The translations under genes and the position numbers were made by a program. Source: an uncultured Hyphomicrobiales bacterium (GTDB taxonomy: Bacteria; Bacteroidota; Ignavibacteria; Kapaibacteriales; UBA2268). Taken from it: a stretch of 64,000 nucleotides of DNA. Numbering within the stretch: the first letter of the stretch is position 1; each line of letters begins with the position of its first letter. The stretch covers positions 8,543-72,542 of the forward strand of contig CAYYIP010000004.1 of the NCBI GenBank assembly GCA_964472015.1, given 5' to 3'. Below are positions 59,971-64,000 of the stretch, in pieces. The notes beneath the pieces are model-generated. The model was not told the origin of the DNA and ran no database searches. It saw only the letters and a list, made by a program, of their open reading frames with translations.

Positions 59971-61020
59971 TTAAATTTTATCTATTTCAAACAATAATTC
60001 AGAAATAATATCCTCTTCTTTTATTTTACGTATTTGCTTCCCCTTAATAAATAATATAGCTTCACCTTTTCCACAAGCAACACCTATATCTGCATCTTTT
60101 GCTTCGCCTGGTCCATTTACAACACATCCCATTAATGCTACTTTAAGACTCTTTTTTATTTTTTTTAACTCAGGTTCTAATTTTTGAGATATTTTTATTA
60201 AATCTATTTCAACGCGGCCGCAAGTAGGACAAGAAATTAACTCTATATATTTTTTCCTTAATTTGAGCGAAGATAATATTTCTATTCCTGCTTCTACTTC
60301 TTGTTCAGGTTCACCTGTTAATGAAACACGTATTGTATTTCCTATACCTTCGGCTAGTAGAGTACCAATTCCAACACTTGATTTTATCAGACCAGAATAA
60401 ATAGTTCCTGCCTCCGTTATTCCCAAATGTAAAGGATAATTAGTGAGAGTAGCTAATTTCCTATAAGCTTCAATTGTTGTTACAACCGATGTAGATTTTA
60501 CTGCAACAATAATATTATCAAAATTGAAATCATTTGCTATATTTATATGCCTTATTGCACTTTCAACTAAGGCATTTGAATTTGGCGCTCCATATTTTTC
60601 TAAAATATCTTTTTCTAAGGAACCTGAATTTACACCTATTCTAATTGGTATATTTCTTTCATTAGCAGCTTTCAATACCATTGAAATTCTTTCCCGATTT
60701 CCAATATTCCCCGGATTTATTCGTACTTTTGAAATTCCTGCTTCTATTGCTTTTAGTGCAAAAATATAATTAAAATGAATATCTGCAACTATAGGAACAG
60801 GTGATTCTTTTACTATTTCTTTAATAGAATTTGCTGCACTATCATCGTTTACAGTTACTCTTACAATATCAACTCCTGCTTGATATACACGATTAATTTG
60901 AGATAATGTTTTAGAAATATTAGATGTTTTTGTTTTTGTCATTGTTTGTACACTGACAGGTGCATCTCCCCCAACGGCAATATTCCCTATGAATATTTTT
61001 TTTGTTTTTTCTCGTAACAT
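59971..61020 (-). CDS. ispG: 4-hydroxy-3-methylbut-2-enyl diphosphate synthase
   Basis: IGNIAVGGDAPVSVQTMT N-terminus and C-terminal ISCPTCGR...GCVVNGPGE cluster motif. Confidence 0.9.
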   Translation of the reverse strand: MLREKTKKIFIGNIAVGGDAPVSVQTMTKTKTSNISKTLSQINRVYQAGVDIVRVTVNDDSAANSIKEIVKESPVPIVADIHFNYIFALKAIEAGISKVRINPGNIGNRERISMVLKAANERNIPIRIGVNSGSLEKDILEKYGAPNSNALVESAIRHINIANDFNFDNIIVAVKSTSVVTTIEAYRKLATLTNYPLHLGITEAGTIYSGLIKSSVGIGTLLAEGIGNTIRVSLTGEPEQEVEAGIEILSSLKLRKKYIELISCPTCGRVEIDLIKISQKLEPELKKIKKSLKVALMGCVVNGPGEAKDADIGVACGKGEAILFIKGKQIRKIKEEDIISELLFEIDKI

Positions 61021-61115
61021 AATTTATTTTTAATTTAATTGTTTGCAATATAAAGTTTTTTTACCATTTTTTATTTATATTATTTAATAAATAAAAAATA
61101 CTATATAGTATTAAA

Positions 61116-61158
61116 AATAAAAAAAGCAACTAAAATTTAATTTATAGTTGCTTTTTTA
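61116..61158 (-). terminator. Intrinsic terminator after the aldehyde dehydrogenase gene
   Basis: AAAAAAGCAACTAtaaattaaatttTAGTTGCTTTTTT (minus-strand sense). Confidence 0.65.
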
Positions 61159-61217
61159 TGAATTTTAATATATTTATAATATTAAAAATTTTAATATTAA
61201 TTTAATTGTTTTTCAAA

Positions 61218-62762
61218 TTAACGTGAAGCAATAGATTTACCTTGTAAGAATAAAGCTAAATAATCACGGCTACCTGCTTTTGAGTCTGTACCACTCATAT
61301 TGAAACCTCCAAAAGGATGGACATCAACCATTGCACCAGTACATTTTCTGTTAATATATAAATTGCCAACGTGGAACTCACGTTTAGCTTTTTCTATTTT
61401 TTGTGGATTAAGAGTAAATACTGCTCCTGTTAATCCATAAATGGTATTATTTGCAACCTCTAAAGAATGTTCAAAATTACGAGTTTTACAAACAGATAGA
61501 ACAGGTCCAAAAATTTCTTCTTGCATTATTCTTGCATTTTCATCTACATCAATAAATATAGTAGGTTTTACATAAAAACCGTTGGTATCGGTATTGACTT
61601 TTTCACCACCACATAACAATTTACCTTCTTGTTTTCCTATTTCAATATAATTAAGTACAGTTTCAAATTGATTTTTGCTAGAGCAAGGGCCAACTTGATA
61701 ATCATCCATAGGGTTACCAATAGTTAATGCTTCTGTTCTTTCTTTAATCATATTAACAAATTTATCATAAACTTTTTCATCTACTATTGCACGTGAACAA
61801 GCTGAACATTTTTGTCCTTGGAAACCAAAAGCAGATGCAACAACTGCATTAGCTGCTTCTTCTAAATTTGCTTCACTATCAACAACTATAGCATCTTTTC
61901 CACCCATTTCTGCAACAACGCGTTTTATCCATATTTGACCAGGTGAAACAACATTTGCTTTTTCAAAAATACGTAATCCAACTTCCTTAGAACCTGTAAA
62001 TGATATGAAACGAGTTTTTGGATGTTCTACAATATAATCCCCGGTCTCAGAGCCACTTGCAACTAAATAATTTAATATCCCATCAGGGAGCCCTACTTTT
62101 CTGAATATATCAACTAATAACCATGCCATCATAGGCGTATCAGAAGATGGCTTTAATACAACAGTATTACCCGTAACAATAGCAGAAGTAGTTATTCCAG
62201 TCATAATAGCAAAAGGGAAATTCCAAGGTGGAATAACAACACCAACACCAAGAGGAATATAATAATATTCATCAAGTTCCCCAGGGAATTTAGTTAATTC
62301 TTGATTTTTTGAATAACGTATTGCTTCGCGACCATAAAATTCAAGAAAATCAATTGCTTCACAGGTGTCAGCGTCTGCTTCAATATAATTTTTCCCTATT
62401 TCAGAAATCATCCATGCATTTATTTCTAATCTACGTTTTCTAACTTCTTCTGCAGCACGAAATAAATAATTTGCACGAATTTCTGCCGGTACGTATTTCC
62501 ACATTTCAAATGCTTTTGAAGCTGCTTCTATAGCATCATTTGCTTCTTTTTGACCAGCTTTTTGGAATGTTCCAATTATTTCATTTGGATTTGCAGGATT
62601 AGTAGAAATAGTTTTCTTTGTAGTGAAAACTTCTTTCCCATTAATTATATTAGGTATTTCTCTTCCAAATTGTGAACGTACAGCATCAATAGCATCTTTT
62701 TGTTTACGTTTAATTTCTGGACAAGAAAAATCAAGATAAGTTGCATTACTAAATTCTAACAT
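61218..62762 (-). CDS. Aldehyde dehydrogenase family protein, likely 1-pyrroline-5-carboxylate dehydrogenase
   Basis: 514 aa with ALDH catalytic Cys region GQKCSACSR and glutamate region VAEMGGKDAIVV. Confidence 0.6.
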   Translation of the reverse strand: MLEFSNATYLDFSCPEIKRKQKDAIDAVRSQFGREIPNIINGKEVFTTKKTISTNPANPNEIIGTFQKAGQKEANDAIEAASKAFEMWKYVPAEIRANYLFRAAEEVRKRRLEINAWMISEIGKNYIEADADTCEAIDFLEFYGREAIRYSKNQELTKFPGELDEYYYIPLGVGVVIPPWNFPFAIMTGITTSAIVTGNTVVLKPSSDTPMMAWLLVDIFRKVGLPDGILNYLVASGSETGDYIVEHPKTRFISFTGSKEVGLRIFEKANVVSPGQIWIKRVVAEMGGKDAIVVDSEANLEEAANAVVASAFGFQGQKCSACSRAIVDEKVYDKFVNMIKERTEALTIGNPMDDYQVGPCSSKNQFETVLNYIEIGKQEGKLLCGGEKVNTDTNGFYVKPTIFIDVDENARIMQEEIFGPVLSVCKTRNFEHSLEVANNTIYGLTGAVFTLNPQKIEKAKREFHVGNLYINRKCTGAMVDVHPFGGFNMSGTDSKAGSRDYLALFLQGKSIASR

Positions 62763-63114
62763 TATTTCCTCCGAAAAATAAAAATAATTATTTTATTGTT
62801 ATTTTTTTTATTAAAATTCTAAAATACAAATAAAATATGTTAAAATAAAATTTTTTTATTTATTTTTGTAAAAATAAATAAAAAATATTAATATCCTTTA
62901 TTATTTATATTAATTTGTTACTTTTTCATATTTTTGTCGTATTACCCTATTACATAGATACTAAAAAATATAATTAAATTATTTGTCTTTTTATTTTAAT
63001 AATTTTTATATGAACACAATATTATATTTAATATAAATAATAGTAGTAAATTATTTAATATAAAATAAATAGAAATATAAAGGATATAAATAATTTAATT
63101 AAGTATGTAAAATT

Positions 63115-63648
63115 ATGATTGATAGTTATATTTATTTTAGATCTAAACTTGAGAAAATAAAATTATTAGCAGTGGATGTAGATGGAACATTAACAGATGG
63201 AGGAGTTTATTATTCGAAACAGGGTTTAGAATTAAAAAAATTTTACGTTCATGATGGGATGGGAATACGTCTTTTACATCAATCTAATATTCCTGTTGCT
63301 ATAATTTCAAGTGATAGTTCTGAGATACCTTTAGTACGAGCAAAAAAACTTGATATAAAATACAAAATAATAGGAACAGAACGAAAACTAGATTCATTAA
63401 AAGAATTAATAAAACAATTAAATATTACTCTGGAAGAAGTTGCATATATAGGTGATGACGTAAATGATATAGAAATAATAAAATATGTTGGTTTTTCAGC
63501 GTCCCCAAAAGATGCAAATTTTCTTGTTAAAAAACAAGTTGACTGTATTTTGGATTTTAATGGTGGACGAGGCGCAGTTCGACAGGTTTGTGATATGATA
63601 TTAATAGCTCAGAAAAAATCTTTAGAAGTAATATATGATGTTAAATAA
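63115..63648 (+). CDS. kdsC: 3-deoxy-D-manno-octulosonate 8-phosphate phosphatase (HAD family)
   Basis: LLAVDVDGTLTDGGVYY and GDDVNDIE motifs in 177 aa. Confidence 0.7.
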   Translation: MIDSYIYFRSKLEKIKLLAVDVDGTLTDGGVYYSKQGLELKKFYVHDGMGIRLLHQSNIPVAIISSDSSEIPLVRAKKLDIKYKIIGTERKLDSLKELIKQLNITLEEVAYIGDDVNDIEIIKYVGFSASPKDANFLVKKQVDCILDFNGGRGAVRQVCDMILIAQKKSLEVIYDVK

Positions 63649-63690
63649 AAAAAATAAAAACTTAATAACTATATAAATGGAGAAATTAAA

Positions 63691-64000
63691 ATGCAAGACC
63701 AAGATTCAACTTACAAATCATTTATTTTGGGTGCTTTAATAGGTGGTACTATTGGTGCTATAACAGCATTACTTTTTGCCCCAAAAAGTGGGAAAGAGTT
63801 AAGAAGAGATATAACAGATACTTCTGCAAATCTATATGATAGAGCAAGTGATTATGTTGTATCAGCATTTAATGATAGTAGAAATAAAGCACAAGGAATG
63901 TTTAATACTGCTAAAAATAAAGCAAGTAACATCATTTCTGAAGCAAGTGAATATAAAGATTCAGTGCAAAGTAGATTTGAAAATCTAAAAGAAGCTGCAA
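63691..64000 (+). CDS. YtxH-like protein, 3'-truncated by the window end
   Basis: ILGALIGGTIGAITALLFAPKSGKELRRD. Confidence 0.4.
   Translation, partial: MQDQDSTYKSFILGALIGGTIGAITALLFAPKSGKELRRDITDTSANLYDRASDYVVSAFNDSRNKAQGMFNTAKNKASNIISEASEYKDSVQSRFENLKEAA

Overview
This is a 64-kb window from a very AT-rich bacterial chromosome, judged by eye at roughly a quarter GC, with standard genetic code and long intact ORFs. It is mostly a housekeeping region. Gene content and order point to the Bacteroidota/FCB group: a rplM-rpsI-rpsB-tsf cluster, a T9SS-type C-terminal sorting domain, SPOR and FGE-domain lipoproteins, and a TetR-TolC-MFP-RND efflux operon. Recognisable genes:
- tsaC-dnaG-nth-rsmE, recF, a NuoF-like and a NuoG-like subunit, phoH, cdaA, an OadA-like carboxyltransferase and an NSS transporter.
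- rplM, rpsI, rpsB, tsf, rpsO, ribF, ahcY.
- A fabD-aroD-aroE/aroK(fusion) operon, rpmB, an SMR (sugE-like) exporter, mgsA, pgk, nadD, ispG, a P5C dehydrogenase and kdsC.
No rRNA, tRNA or CRISPR array was found.
The parts worth a second look:
- A two-gene ABC-type ATPase plus small Toprim-like (DUF4276-like) module inserted between ahcY and the aro operon. It is a candidate split OLD/PARIS/AbiL-like defence system.
- A ~2.5-kb gene-poor islet between the SMR gene and mgsA. It holds two tandem copies of a ~150-190-nt structured RNA, each ending in an intrinsic terminator, with conserved 5' and 3' blocks and a compensatory stem change. It also holds a perfect 34-bp palindrome, a downstream ORF broken at an A6 tract, two paralogous mini zinc-ribbon peptide genes with conserved leaders, and a small PD-(D/E)xK-like protein.
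- Tandem paralogous double-OmpA surface proteins with identical 3' flanks, a secreted 48-aa x3 repeat protein with a CC-rich tail, and low-complexity extensions on RpsB and DnaG.
All functional calls come from motif recognition by eye and gene context. No searches were run.
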